DNA from: a virus
DNA length: 64,000 nucleotides
Strand: one strand, 5' to 3'
Virus record (IMG/VR): IMGVR_UViG_3300014839_000005
Location: 1-64,000 of that record
Shown piece after piece: positions 8,931-18,662 of this stretch. The translations under genes and the position numbers were made by a program. The notes under the pieces were generated by a model. That model was not told the origin of the DNA. It worked only from the letters and a program-made list of their open reading frames with translations, and searched no databases. Position 1 is the stretch's first letter, and every line of letters starts with the position of its first letter.

Positions 8931-9233
8931 TTATGAAACGGTATCGTGAGAGAGGTTTATGGCTCTTTTAATTTTAACCCAGCCTTCCCAACTATTGCAC
9001 CAAAAAGCGTGAGCACCTAACATATTAAGTTTTCCTAAAATATTAAACTGGAGAGGATCAGGAACCTCTCCAGATTTTTTAACTTCAAGAAAACATGGTC
9101 CAGTTATTTTGTTGGTAAAGAAAATGTCTGGGATGCCATTATCTGAGCATCTTATGATTTTAAAACAGATCATGTGTTTATAAGAGCGCAGATCTTTTAA
9201 AATCTTAGTTTGAAGTTTCTTTTCTTCAGCCAT
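8931..9233 (-). CDS. VRR-NUC domain nuclease
   Basis: ExxLQxxI, GIPD, FLEVK, pattern PxPLQ; next to SNF2 helicase. Confidence 0.85.
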   Translation of the reverse strand: MAEEKKLQTKILKDLRSYKHMICFKIIRCSDNGIPDIFFTNKITGPCFLEVKKSGEVPDPLQFNILGKLNMLGAHAFWCNSWEGWVKIKRAINLSHDTVS

Positions 9234-9423
9234 GTTTTTCTTCTTGATCTATTGATGTTGAATTATATCCGTCTGAATGCCCTATATCATATCCAGCCTT
9301 AAAAGCATCTTCAAGAATTTCTAATATATCTATCATCATACTGTCGATAAATTCTTTTGTTTCTTGTTTTTTTACATCAAGTTTATCCGCTTTGTATTTA
9401 TCCCAAGCTTCTGAAGCACTCAT
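9226..9423 (-). CDS. hypothetical protein
   Basis: tiles the operon with overlapping start/stop; GGAG SD. Confidence 0.55.
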   Translation of the reverse strand: MSASEAWDKYKADKLDVKKQETKEFIDSMMIDILEILEDAFKAGYDIGHSDGYNSTSIDQEEKHG

Positions 9424-9614
9424 GGTCTCTCCTTTTGAATATCTGTTAATTCATGCAGTTCCTGAAATATATAACCTGTATTTTCGGCTAACACTAATAT
9501 TGCACATTCTCCTCCATCTCGAATTTTATTTTTATACCAAAAACCACACCGTTCTTGTAGACAATTGGCAAATGACATAGTAGGCTCATCTTTTGATAAT
9601 GGACACACTTTCAT
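9420..9614 (-). CDS. small Cys-rich hypothetical protein
   Basis: CP...C...C...C pattern; tiles the operon. Confidence 0.55.
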   Translation of the reverse strand: MKVCPLSKDEPTMSFANCLQERCGFWYKNKIRDGGECAILVLAENTGYIFQELHELTDIQKERP

Positions 9615-9616
9615 AA

Positions 9617-11398
9617 TTAATCCTTTAAAAAAAGTTTCCTCATATTAGCTAAAGAGGTTAAATCCTCAGATAATTCTTCTTTTCGATTAACAGCCTCTAA
9701 AATATCTTCATCAATCGTATCTTTACACGTCAGGTCTATTATAGTAACCTTTTTCTTCTGACCTTCTCTTACCTGACGCCCGATAGCTTGATTTCTTTTA
9801 ATATATGAATAATCAATGGCAAAGAATATTTGATAATTCGAAAATTGTATATTTAACCCAACACCACCCTTGGAAGGATTGGCTACTAGAATTCTATATT
9901 GTGGATCTTTAAATTTTTCAACAGTTTCAAATGCATCTATATCTTTATACAATTTCAAGACAGGCCCATAGCCGGCTTTTTCTATTGCGTCAGTTATGAT
10001 ATCAATAGAATGCACGAAACTGCTCCAGATAATAATCTTACTATTTGGTATGTTTCCAAGTGTTTCGATAAGTAACTTTAATTTTGCGTTTTCTTTAAAA
10101 TCTATGATGTTTTGCTCTTTTGTTTCAGAACCGTCATCCGCTACTTTAATCACTGTATTTAAATAAAATCCAGAAGCGATTTGTTGCAGTTTAGTTATTA
10201 AAGTAAGAGCTGTTTTTGTTGATATTGTTTCATCACATGCGTTATCAACTTCACATTTCTTATTGCATTTCTCGCACATATTAAATATGGTGGCAACAAG
10301 ATTGGTCTTCATATCTTGATAGACTTTAGCTTGTTCAGCATCCATTTCACATTCATATCTTTCAAATATTACATCTGGAAGGTCTAAACATTCATCCCTG
10401 GTAAATGCCACGGCTACTTTGTCGATGATTTCCTTGACCGCAGTTCTTGTTCCAGATAATTCTTTCCATATAAATCCATCGGGATCCACAGTAAAACAAA
10501 ATCTCCTTCTGAATTCATAAAATGAAGCATACGGAACTGTATCAGGTCCAAGGAATCTGTATGGCATGAAAAATGACAAGGAATTGTTTGCCACGAGTGT
10601 TCCGGTGACAACATACTTATACTTGATATTTTCAAATTTACTAATAACTGCTTTTGTTTGTCTTGAGCGATACGAGCCGATTCTATGGGCTTCATCCAAA
10701 ACAACCATATCAAAATAATTATCACTGAAGTAATCAGTAAGTCCATAAATAGACTCGTAGTTTGATAGGTAAATATCATAGTCAATATTTTTCTTAGCAT
10801 CTTTAAATCCTTTATTAAGAATTTTATCTGCTTGAATTTTATTATTCAACACAACGCATTTAAGATGCGGCACTTGTATTCTAGCTTCTTCCTTAACATT
10901 AGTTTTCAGATTACTTAATGTTATAACAAGACATTTCTTGATTTGACCTTTTTGAATTCTTTTATCTATTGCCCATAAATAAGGAGCTGTCTTACAAGTA
11001 CCAGGATCAGCTAGAAGTGCTGCGGAGCTATTATAAGCCATCATATTAAACATTACCTTCTGGTGATCTAACGGCTTATAGATTCCTTTAACATCATAAT
11101 CAAATTTAATCTCTCTGCCATATTGTCCTCTGATCTTCTGGACATTCTCGATTCGTTTTTGCGTATTGAAAGAGACTGTTTGTATAGCTTCTTCAGCGCC
11201 AGGACCATATTCTATTCCATAATTCATGAAGTTAAGAATTTTAGGGCCGGATTTGACTGGAAGATAGATCTGATTAAGGCCTCGTATCTTCCAGCCATCA
11301 GTACAATTTTGTATAACCTCTAGCAAATCACGATCATTACATTCTACGCATAAAATAAATAAATCAATCTGTGTCACTTTCATAATTCTCCCTAACAT
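9617..11398 (-). CDS. SNF2-family (SF2) helicase
   Basis: ADPGTCKT Walker A, LDEAH, TGT, GGVGLN, QAIGRQVREGQ. Confidence 0.9.
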   Translation of the reverse strand: MLGRIMKVTQIDLFILCVECNDRDLLEVIQNCTDGWKIRGLNQIYLPVKSGPKILNFMNYGIEYGPGAEEAIQTVSFNTQKRIENVQKIRGQYGREIKFDYDVKGIYKPLDHQKVMFNMMAYNSSAALLADPGTCKTAPYLWAIDKRIQKGQIKKCLVITLSNLKTNVKEEARIQVPHLKCVVLNNKIQADKILNKGFKDAKKNIDYDIYLSNYESIYGLTDYFSDNYFDMVVLDEAHRIGSYRSRQTKAVISKFENIKYKYVVTGTLVANNSLSFFMPYRFLGPDTVPYASFYEFRRRFCFTVDPDGFIWKELSGTRTAVKEIIDKVAVAFTRDECLDLPDVIFERYECEMDAEQAKVYQDMKTNLVATIFNMCEKCNKKCEVDNACDETISTKTALTLITKLQQIASGFYLNTVIKVADDGSETKEQNIIDFKENAKLKLLIETLGNIPNSKIIIWSSFVHSIDIITDAIEKAGYGPVLKLYKDIDAFETVEKFKDPQYRILVANPSKGGVGLNIQFSNYQIFFAIDYSYIKRNQAIGRQVREGQKKKVTIIDLTCKDTIDEDILEAVNRKEELSEDLTSLANMRKLFLKD

Positions 11399-11437
11399 TT
11401 CTTGGTTATTTACTATAATTAATACTATATTTACACT

Positions 11438-12115
11438 ATGAATTCAACATTTATTTATGCCTTATTAGATCCAATAGAAAAACAAGAGTTTCATATTTAT
11501 ATAGGTAAAAGTGATAACCCATATATACGGTATTATCAGCATCTAAAGGATAAAAATCATAGTTATAAAACTTGTTGGATTAAATCACTTACTAAAGAAA
11601 ATTTAAGTCCCGATATACAAATTCTTGAAATCGTAGATCAATATATATGGGAAAAAAAAGAAATAGAATGGATTAAATTTTATAGAGAACATAATTATAT
11701 TATAGTTAATGAAACTAATGGTGGAGATGGTGGATATTTTACTAAAGAAATTCAAAGAAAAATGATTGAATCTCGTAAAGGAAGAAAACCTAATCTTGGA
11801 AATCATCATTCTGAAAAAACAATAAAAAATCTTAGTAAATTAAATATGGGAGATAAGAATCATTTTTATGGAAAACACCACTCTGAACAAACTAAAATCA
11901 AATTAAAGGAATCTCATATAGGTATATGCCGATCTAAAGAAACTAGAAAAAAGATGAGCGAAGGTCACTATGGTAAACGCCGCTCTGAAGAAACTAAAAG
12001 AAAAATTAGTGAATCTCATAAAGGAATATGCCCATCTGATGAAATTAAGCAAAAAATAAGTAAAATTAAAATAGAAAAAAATAGACAAAAACAACATCTT
12101 ATTTTATTTTCATAA
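11438..12115 (+). CDS. free-standing GIY-YIG homing endonuclease with NUMOD3 repeats
   Basis: FIYAL...IYIGKS...RYYQH; repeated HSEET/KISESH units; opposite orientation to its neighbours. Confidence 0.88.
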   Translation: MNSTFIYALLDPIEKQEFHIYIGKSDNPYIRYYQHLKDKNHSYKTCWIKSLTKENLSPDIQILEIVDQYIWEKKEIEWIKFYREHNYIIVNETNGGDGGYFTKEIQRKMIESRKGRKPNLGNHHSEKTIKNLSKLNMGDKNHFYGKHHSEQTKIKLKESHIGICRSKETRKKMSEGHYGKRRSEETKRKISESHKGICPSDEIKQKISKIKIEKNRQKQHLILFS

Positions 12116-12125
12116 TAATTTTATT

Positions 12126-12611
12126 TTATGTTGTCCAGTTGAAGAACCCTGTTTTTATATTATTATTTTCCACTAATCCAGTAAAAATAAGACGCTTATT
12201 TTCTGTTGCCCAATCCTTAATTTCAATATTATAGTGATATTCTTTTCCAGAACTATTTTTTGAGTCTTCTACAGTAAAATCCTTACTCAATCGCGCCTTA
12301 GCCAACATTCCCAGCACAAAACTCTCCATATTTGTCGGCCAAATAAGAGATGAGGATGGATTTTCCATATTCATAACATCTTTGAAAATCACACTGTTTT
12401 CTGCAGCTAGAGATTCGAGTCTTTTTGATATTTGATTACAAGCATGAGCTGTAATGTTAAGCCCATACTCTCCCGTATTGTCATGTTCCTTAATTTCTCG
12501 CTTCAAATCGTCAACAAGGCGAGATAAATTCTTGATTTTTGAGTCTATTTCTGCCTTTTCAGCAAAGGCCTCAGCATATTCTTGATATTTTTTGTCCAAT
12601 TCATCACTCAT
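12126..12611 (-). CDS. hypothetical protein
   Basis: 161-aa ORF tiling the operon. Confidence 0.6.
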   Translation of the reverse strand: MSDELDKKYQEYAEAFAEKAEIDSKIKNLSRLVDDLKREIKEHDNTGEYGLNITAHACNQISKRLESLAAENSVIFKDVMNMENPSSSLIWPTNMESFVLGMLAKARLSKDFTVEDSKNSSGKEYHYNIEIKDWATENKRLIFTGLVENNNIKTGFFNWTT

Positions 12612-13267
12612 TGCAACTCCTCTTGAAAAACCATCACGCCATACTTGTTAAAAGAGACATCTATAGTATCAAAATAAGTAAATTTTTCTAAAAATTTGTT
12701 ATTTTCGTCGATTAAATCGAGAAATTTATGCAACATTCTAGTCTTTAATCCGTTAGTTGTCTTATATAATGGATAGTTTAATAATTCACCATCTTTAGTG
12801 ATGGTAAATTCAACTCTTATTTGATTTTTTCTTAAAATTAACTCATTTGTCAATACAAATGACGCTCTCAAAATAGAAGATATATCATCTAGGTATTTGT
12901 TTATGTAAAAAAAAGGAATAATAAGCGTTGTGCTGGTAAAATAAGGATATTTATATCGTAGACCGACCATATTTTCAAACTTAAAATCAATTGGCTTTAT
13001 CCTGCATAATTCATTTATAGATGAATTGATATGATCGTTATATATTATCACCTTTTTTCCAATAAATGGCTTTAAACATAATGGAGTATTGATTTTAAGT
13101 AAATTATGATCTTTATATATAGTATTTTTCGTATTATCATTAGTTTGTATAAAAGCTATTGATATCGTATTGTCGGTTTCATGAATAACAGAGTAATCTA
13201 TGTAATTTTTATTTGGTTTAAACTTTGTAAGATCAATAAATTTAGATATAGTATCCGAATAAAGCAT
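12608..13267 (-). CDS. hypothetical protein
   Basis: 219-aa ORF with GGAGGAG SD. Confidence 0.6.
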   Translation of the reverse strand: MLYSDTISKFIDLTKFKPNKNYIDYSVIHETDNTISIAFIQTNDNTKNTIYKDHNLLKINTPLCLKPFIGKKVIIYNDHINSSINELCRIKPIDFKFENMVGLRYKYPYFTSTTLIIPFFYINKYLDDISSILRASFVLTNELILRKNQIRVEFTITKDGELLNYPLYKTTNGLKTRMLHKFLDLIDENNKFLEKFTYFDTIDVSFNKYGVMVFQEELQ

Positions 13268-13326
13268 AACTCCTCCAGAAGAAGAAAGAGGGATAATGCG
13301 ATACTTACCCCTCTTTTACTAATAGC

Positions 13327-13398
13327 CTAATAGTAACCAATGAAATACTTCGTCAGTAGCAAAATTAGATCCATTGAGATTATGGCTACAATAAGCAT
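13327..13398 (-). CDS. candidate 23-aa hydrophobic peptide MLIVAIISMDLILLLTKYFIGYY
   Basis: AGGAGG SD inside an upstream hairpin; followed by a terminator-like hairpin. Confidence 0.4.
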   Translation of the reverse strand: MLIVAIISMDLILLLTKYFIGYY

Positions 13399-13446
13399 GA
13401 AACCTCCTAACCGGCTTAACATTAAGCCGTCGGGAGCGGCAACCAA

Positions 13447-15528
13447 TCAGGCGTTCATGTAATCATTCGCCTTAGCTTCATCTTCAGTACAAGCATCAAA
13501 CTCATGCCTGATCTTCAGATGAGATATCTGGTTGTGTTCTGTTTCACTGATTTCTAATTTATTTTTGTTAATTATTTTTTCCATGTTTGTTGGACTTACA
13601 CTGAAGTAATAGATGATATCGCTCATCTTTAAACCCTTTTTCAGAAGAAGAGGCACGACCTTTTCAGAATCGTACTCCCTTATTTCCTTGGCATAATTAT
13701 CCAACTTGGCCGTTTCATCAATAGTTACTGTTTGTTCGCTGGTTTTAATAAAGGTTTTACATTTTTCTGTAAGATTTTTGATTTCTTTTTTATTGGTTTC
13801 AACTCGTTTCCACGCGGTTATACAATCTTCTTTGGTTTTTACCTCGAAGGATTCAATATCATTTATGTTGTTAATATGCTTTCTGTTAAACAGAGGACAA
13901 ATATTATTGTCTCCAAGATAACAACAATAACAATATTCATTCCTTCTTGGCAGAAATGATTTATCTGATTCTTTCATTAATTCATTTTCAATATCTATGA
14001 TTGAATCATTAATCCATTGACATGCTTCTTGTGCCATTTGTTCTATATTTTCAACTTCATATTCAACAGTTTTTCCAAACCGCAAATATTCTATTGATAC
14101 AATAACACGCTTAATGGATTCAGGAGGAAGGAATTTATACAAAAGAAGCAGATATATCTTAAGCTGCATATCGCGTTTCAATTGCTCAATAGTCATCATA
14201 ACTCTTGATGTTTTATAATCAGTAATCAATACATATTCAGGATAATATTCTATAATATCAAGGATACCTCTGAAAAATATTGAATCTGACCTCCAATCAG
14301 ACACGTAATTCCAATCTTTATCAAAAGCCAATTGTTTTTCAACAAGAGCTATCTGCCCGAACTTATTTGAGAAATCTTTTGCTCTATAAAACCTAAGCAT
14401 AATCAATTCAACATCCCTAATTATATCGGGATCAGTAACCTTAAAATTTCTTAATGTTTCATTGATTATTTTATTATAAGTATCAAGATCGGGCATTGAT
14501 ACTTTTTCATATTCTGATTCACCAATCTTTGCATCCATTTCATGAACAAAATGAGACATACCTTTAAAGCCGGTATACTGCATGATATCTTTAGGATTTT
14601 CAAATAAATAATATCCTAACTGTTTGGATGTTATTTCCTGTTTAGATTCATCCATCAGATTAAAATATTGTTTTGTATTTATCACTAAAGCATCATTTGC
14701 AAATTTTGTAATTATAGCATACAGAGAAAATTTATTTGCAAACGTCTCCCTATAACACCAGACACTTGTATTCTGTGCCACTTTATGGCATACAGATCCA
14801 GTAATAAGTGCATCCTGATCTGGTTCATGAACTTTATCTATATACCTTTTTTTCCATTTAAATGGACACTGGTGAAACAAATTAATTCTTGAAAAAGAAT
14901 ATGGTTGCGTAAACATCTTTTTTACTGCAGCCATTTTTTCTTCATTACTGATTTCTGGTTGTTGCGCTATCATATCCACCGCCTTTGTTTCTGGCAGGGC
15001 ATTAAACATATCCTGTTGCACATGAACACTGGGAAAATTTTTTAATTTAAGATAAAGTTCTATGGTCTTTTCAACATCATATTGAGAGCCATGGCCTTTA
15101 CTCGGATCAAATTTAATACCTTCTCTGATACATGCCTTTTTAAGAGCATTTCCACCATTATATCTTGCCCTGCAAATGCTTAAAGTGTCTTCTATTTCCA
15201 TTGGTTTTATTTTAAGAAATTTAAGGTCGAATTCAATTAAGTTATGTCCTATTACTTTTCTTTCTCCAATAAAATTAACAAGAGTTTCCTGAACACCATC
15301 TAATAAGTAATTAGGACTGTCTTTTACCATATCTATCGTTATTCCATGAACTGCTGTAGCTTCAGCTGGAATAAAATTATTTCGAGGTTTACATCTTTGG
15401 AAGAATTCTTTTCCAAGAGATCCGTCTTCTTTAAATCTTCTAGCACAGACTTCCACGATCTCTTCATGTTCAGGATTAAGTCCTGTTGTTTCAACGTCAA
15501 CGCAGACATATTGTTTCTCAGTACCCAT
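13447..15528 (-). CDS. DnaQ/DEDDh 3'-5' exonuclease fused to a PD-(D/E)xK (RecB/AddB/Cas4-like) nuclease
   Basis: DVETTG, GHN...FD, H...YD; SFSRINLFHQCP, GILDII...DYKTS, distal CYCC...CP. Confidence 0.82.
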   Translation of the reverse strand: MGTEKQYVCVDVETTGLNPEHEEIVEVCARRFKEDGSLGKEFFQRCKPRNNFIPAEATAVHGITIDMVKDSPNYLLDGVQETLVNFIGERKVIGHNLIEFDLKFLKIKPMEIEDTLSICRARYNGGNALKKACIREGIKFDPSKGHGSQYDVEKTIELYLKLKNFPSVHVQQDMFNALPETKAVDMIAQQPEISNEEKMAAVKKMFTQPYSFSRINLFHQCPFKWKKRYIDKVHEPDQDALITGSVCHKVAQNTSVWCYRETFANKFSLYAIITKFANDALVINTKQYFNLMDESKQEITSKQLGYYLFENPKDIMQYTGFKGMSHFVHEMDAKIGESEYEKVSMPDLDTYNKIINETLRNFKVTDPDIIRDVELIMLRFYRAKDFSNKFGQIALVEKQLAFDKDWNYVSDWRSDSIFFRGILDIIEYYPEYVLITDYKTSRVMMTIEQLKRDMQLKIYLLLLYKFLPPESIKRVIVSIEYLRFGKTVEYEVENIEQMAQEACQWINDSIIDIENELMKESDKSFLPRRNEYCYCCYLGDNNICPLFNRKHINNINDIESFEVKTKEDCITAWKRVETNKKEIKNLTEKCKTFIKTSEQTVTIDETAKLDNYAKEIREYDSEKVVPLLLKKGLKMSDIIYYFSVSPTNMEKIINKNKLEISETEHNQISHLKIRHEFDACTEDEAKANDYMNA

Positions 15529-15530
15529 GA

Positions 15531-15833
15531 TTATTCCTTTACTACATTTAATAAATCTTCAATTTTTTTTCTTAATGTGAGATAATATTCAACATCTTCA
15601 GTTACTAATGGCCGTTCCATTAATTTACATATAGCAACATGAAGGACACTTAATTCCATAGCTGTGAAAGCTACATTAACTTCAGTAACTTCTGTACGAA
15701 CTTTAATTCCAAATCCTTTTTCTATACCAGTTTCAAGTTCAATACATCTAGTTTTATATGTATCCCTTTGTTTCATTGCTTCGTCAAGTAGTTTTTTTAA
15801 TTCTTCAAGTTCTACATTTTTAAATCCGAACAT
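15531..15833 (-). CDS. coiled-coil hypothetical protein
   Basis: 100-aa ORF, GGAGG SD. Confidence 0.55.
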   Translation of the reverse strand: MFGFKNVELEELKKLLDEAMKQRDTYKTRCIELETGIEKGFGIKVRTEVTEVNVAFTAMELSVLHVAICKLMERPLVTEDVEYYLTLRKKIEDLLNVVKE

Positions 15834-16080
15834 GATGCCTCCTCATATATTCTTTCATCATTAAACGAACATCAGAGTCTTTAGCAAGGTGATAAAGATT
15901 AAATTCTGTCACGTAAGCTCCTAAACAAGCGCCACTTTTGTCTTTTGTTTCAGTTATTTTATCAGCATCATAATCTTCATCATCAAAATCCACAACATAG
16001 CATTTTTTAATCTTACCTCTTCCCATTTGAAACACATCCTGAACTAATCCGCCTTCTACTTGAATAACAATACTTGACAT
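15820..16080 (-). CDS. hypothetical protein
   Basis: N-terminal IVIxVEGGLVQxV...VVDxD pattern; tiles the operon. Confidence 0.6.
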   Translation of the reverse strand: MSSIVIQVEGGLVQDVFQMGRGKIKKCYVVDFDDEDYDADKITETKDKSGACLGAYVTEFNLYHLAKDSDVRLMMKEYMRRHHVRI

Positions 16081-16129
16081 ACAGAGTCCTTTGTAAAAAA
16101 AAAGATTGTAATATAACTAAAAAATGATT

Positions 16130-16840
16130 TACGAGTAAGCGTTGCCTCCCCAAGGCGAGTAGAGCCCCTCAGCGAGACGAGCCTGGGGAAGGCAAAAGCG
16201 TGAAGTTGCGTTTATCTAGAATTAACAGATAGTGCTACACATATCCGCTTCCTTTTGGAATATAATCTTATATTACAATTCATTAATGCAACTAAGATCA
16301 CTCATGAACGATAAGTGATCGTCTGGCGTTGAACCACCTAGGGCTTCCCTAGGTGGGGCCAGACGTGAGCGAAGAGTTCATCATACACACGTTACTCTGT
16401 GGTCAGTATGGTACATACTGACATAAAAATCTTGCATTAAATCTTTTTTGTCTGGATTAAATCGATTGTTTGCTGATATTGATGAATAGGTTGCTTATTG
16501 CTGTTATTACATAAAAGTAGAATAGATAACAATAGTACAGTCCAAAATGCCATAAATACAATACAAAAGTCATTCATTACAATATTCCATTCTAATAAAT
16601 ACCTGGCTATAGTATTTTGTCTATAGCCAGGTTCTCCAAAATTAAATTCTAAATTTTAACCAATTAAATCAATCTTTTCTAATAAACATCTAATTTTAGC
16701 ATCATATAATAATTTTTTGCATAACTAAGACGAATGTAAGGCCCGTACAGGCAAGGCCTGGTTCCACTGGATTAATTCCCAGTCGCGTCTGATACAGACG
16801 GTTTAGGAAACCTTATGCAAGACGATTCGAACCCGAATAA
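16130..16840. repeat. non-coding cluster of inverted repeats
   Basis: e.g. CCACCTAGGG-CTT-CCCTAGGTGG, GTCAGTATG-GTA-CATACTGAC, CCTGGCTATAG-N8-CTATAGCCAGG, CGTCTG-ATA-CAGACG. Confidence 0.7.
16503..16530 (-). promoter_or_regulatory. GTTAT-N18-ATAAC copy (weak -10)
   Basis: exact spacing, inside the non-coding hairpin region. Confidence 0.5.
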
Positions 16841-16850
16841 TACAAATAAT

Positions 16851-17052
16851 TTAACACCAGCCAGGGTCTTCACCCTTAGCTTCACTCTCTTCGATTTTAA
16901 TACCCTCTCTTTCTCTGACGTGTGGCATTATAAATTGGCCACAGTCACATTTTAAAAATCCCATCATACCACAATCAAAATCATTAAATTGTGTTTCAGT
17001 AAGTTTAATTTTATCACCACATTTGCATGTGATAAAGTAACTCCTTGTGCAT
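16851..17052 (-). pseudogene. frameshifted small Zn-ribbon gene
   Basis: strong AGGAGG+ATG at 17052, but the CKC...CDC reading frame is +1 relative to that ATG. Confidence 0.4.
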
Positions 17053-17071
17053 AATTCCTCCTTATACAGGG

Positions 17072-17311
17072 TTAAGTATTAAGACAGTCGTGAAAATCAC
17101 TTACCATAATTCTATAAAGACGATTAGGTTGAAGATGAGCATTAACTGGAAACATTTTCCTTCTTGGAGTTGCAACAAAAACTATTGGCGCTTCACAATA
17201 TTTACATTTAGTTACTTTATGACTCATAACATCAATTGGTTTACTTGATGCTCCGCTAACGGGAACAACATTTATAAAAGCGCCGCCATTTAAAGGTTTG
17301 TAATCATCCAT
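17072..17311 (-). CDS. small Zn-binding phage protein
   Basis: CKYC...PVN...HDC. Confidence 0.6.
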   Translation of the reverse strand: MDDYKPLNGGAFINVVPVSGASSKPIDVMSHKVTKCKYCEAPIVFVATPRRKMFPVNAHLQPNRLYRIMVSDFHDCLNT

Positions 17312-17318
17312 AAGTTCC

Positions 17319-17594
17319 TCAACTGATTTTCATTGCAATATTGAATTTTTTTTTAATTAACACATACATTTCTTGTGCGGCTCTTGATTCAGGAGTATCT
17401 ACTTCACCATTTTTCCAATAACCTAAAGCATTCATACAATCTACTGGATCAGGAAATTGTATATGTATTTCTCCTTTACGAATCATTGTTTTTATATAAC
17501 TATTTTTAGTTATATAACTATAGAATAAAAGTAATAAAAATGTTACAATACCTGTTACTGTTGCAAATAACAAAACTAATAATATTATATCCAT
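17319..17594 (-). CDS. single-pass membrane hypothetical protein
   Basis: N-terminal hydrophobic helix. Confidence 0.55.
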   Translation of the reverse strand: MDIILLVLLFATVTGIVTFLLLLFYSYITKNSYIKTMIRKGEIHIQFPDPVDCMNALGYWKNGEVDTPESRAAQEMYVLIKKKFNIAMKIS

Positions 17595-17798
17595 TTACTT
17601 CTCCTTTTGTTTATCTTTTTTTTCACCCTCCAATATTGCTTCCATCATTATGAAATAATACAGTGAAACATCAGCGCCGCACTTAGGACAGACATAATAA
17701 GCCCTTCCTTTTCTAATAGCCGTAGTGATATCAAAATCACAATCACACATATATTTACCTTTTTGATGGTTTATAATTAATAAATAATAAAAATCCAA
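17595..17798 (-). CDS. Zn-ribbon protein
   Basis: CDC...CPKCG. Confidence 0.5.
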   Translation of the reverse strand: MDFYYLLIINHQKGKYMCDCDFDITTAIRKGRAYYVCPKCGADVSLYYFIMMEAILEGEKKDKQKEK

Positions 17799-17882
17799 AA
17801 TAAGCCGGCTGTAGTGTGTGGCCTTTGCCCGAAAGCCTGTATAGGAAGGAATTTCGGTGGAGGTAATACAGCCGGCACTTTA

Positions 17883-18095
17883 TTAATTCCTTTTTAAATA
17901 AAACAAAGATTGAATTTCATCTGCATTTAATTCTGTTTTATTACCAAAATCTGTTTTAATCCTATACACTACAAAAGATGTTACTGTAGGATGCTTAATA
18001 TCAAATATATACGAAGAAGTTATTCTGGCATTTCCTATTTTCCTACCATCTTTTGTATACAGTTTCATACCCTTTTTTAATTTGATTGTTTCCAT
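17883..18095 (-). CDS. hypothetical protein
   Basis: 70-aa ORF with SD. Confidence 0.55.
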   Translation of the reverse strand: METIKLKKGMKLYTKDGRKIGNARITSSYIFDIKHPTVTSFVVYRIKTDFGNKTELNADEIQSLFYLKRN

Positions 18096-18124
18096 AAAAT
18101 CCTTCCAGTATAACTAAAAGATAG

Positions 18125-18655
18125 AAGTGCTGTGCCAGTGATGACTGATGGTGCTCCTGTCATCCTGACTGCCGTCATGAATGCCGTAGGACATGAATGA
18201 CAATCGTCAGGATGACTGGTGCTCCATCAGATCAGAACGGGACACAGTACTGTGTGCTGACTACTAACTTTCTAGTAATGTTACATTACCTGAAAAAGTC
18301 TTATACTGAAATCTAAAAAGAAATATAACTAAAATTGACTAAGTAACAGAATAAATCACCCAGAAAGAGGTGAATTCGAATGCCACCAGCGCCTGGAGAG
18401 CCTCAGCTGGTAATTTTCCCGTAGGGAAAGATGTGCAACCAGTTGTTACAACTGGCAAACAAATTCTTATATTTCTTTTACTTTTTAAAGTGTAACTAAA
18501 TTGATTGTGTGACAGAGTAAAACACGGAAAATACATGTAAATACTATCTCTTCGGACCTGCAGTATAATGTCCTCAAGCTCAACTTCCTGCGAAGCGTAG
18601 CGGAGCAGGAAGTAATAATGAAGTAAGTTGTTTCAACTTACTATTTATTAACTTA
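18125..18655. repeat. non-coding cluster of inverted repeats
   Basis: long interrupted hairpin CTGATGG..GTCATCCTGAC/GTCAGGATGAC..CCATCAG; TTTCCC-GTA-GGGAAA; ACTTCCTGC..GCAGGAAGT enclosing GCGAAGCGTAGCGGAGC. Confidence 0.7.
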
Positions 18656-18662
18656 CACTTTA

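Noticed and set aside
16786-16812. possible hammerhead ribozyme (CTGAT...GAAAC)
   Set aside because: The core reads CTGATAC, not CTGANGA, and is explained by a simple hairpin.
16820-16836. GGTTCGAATC tRNA T-loop-like motif on the minus strand
   Set aside because: The T-stem does not pair and no acceptor or anticodon arms can be built; no tRNA is called.
18140-18235. CRISPR-like repeats (GATGACTG...TGCTCC twice)
   Set aside because: Only two partial copies forming an inverted repeat; no regular spacers. The Cas4-like domain at 13447 has no cas1/cas2 context.
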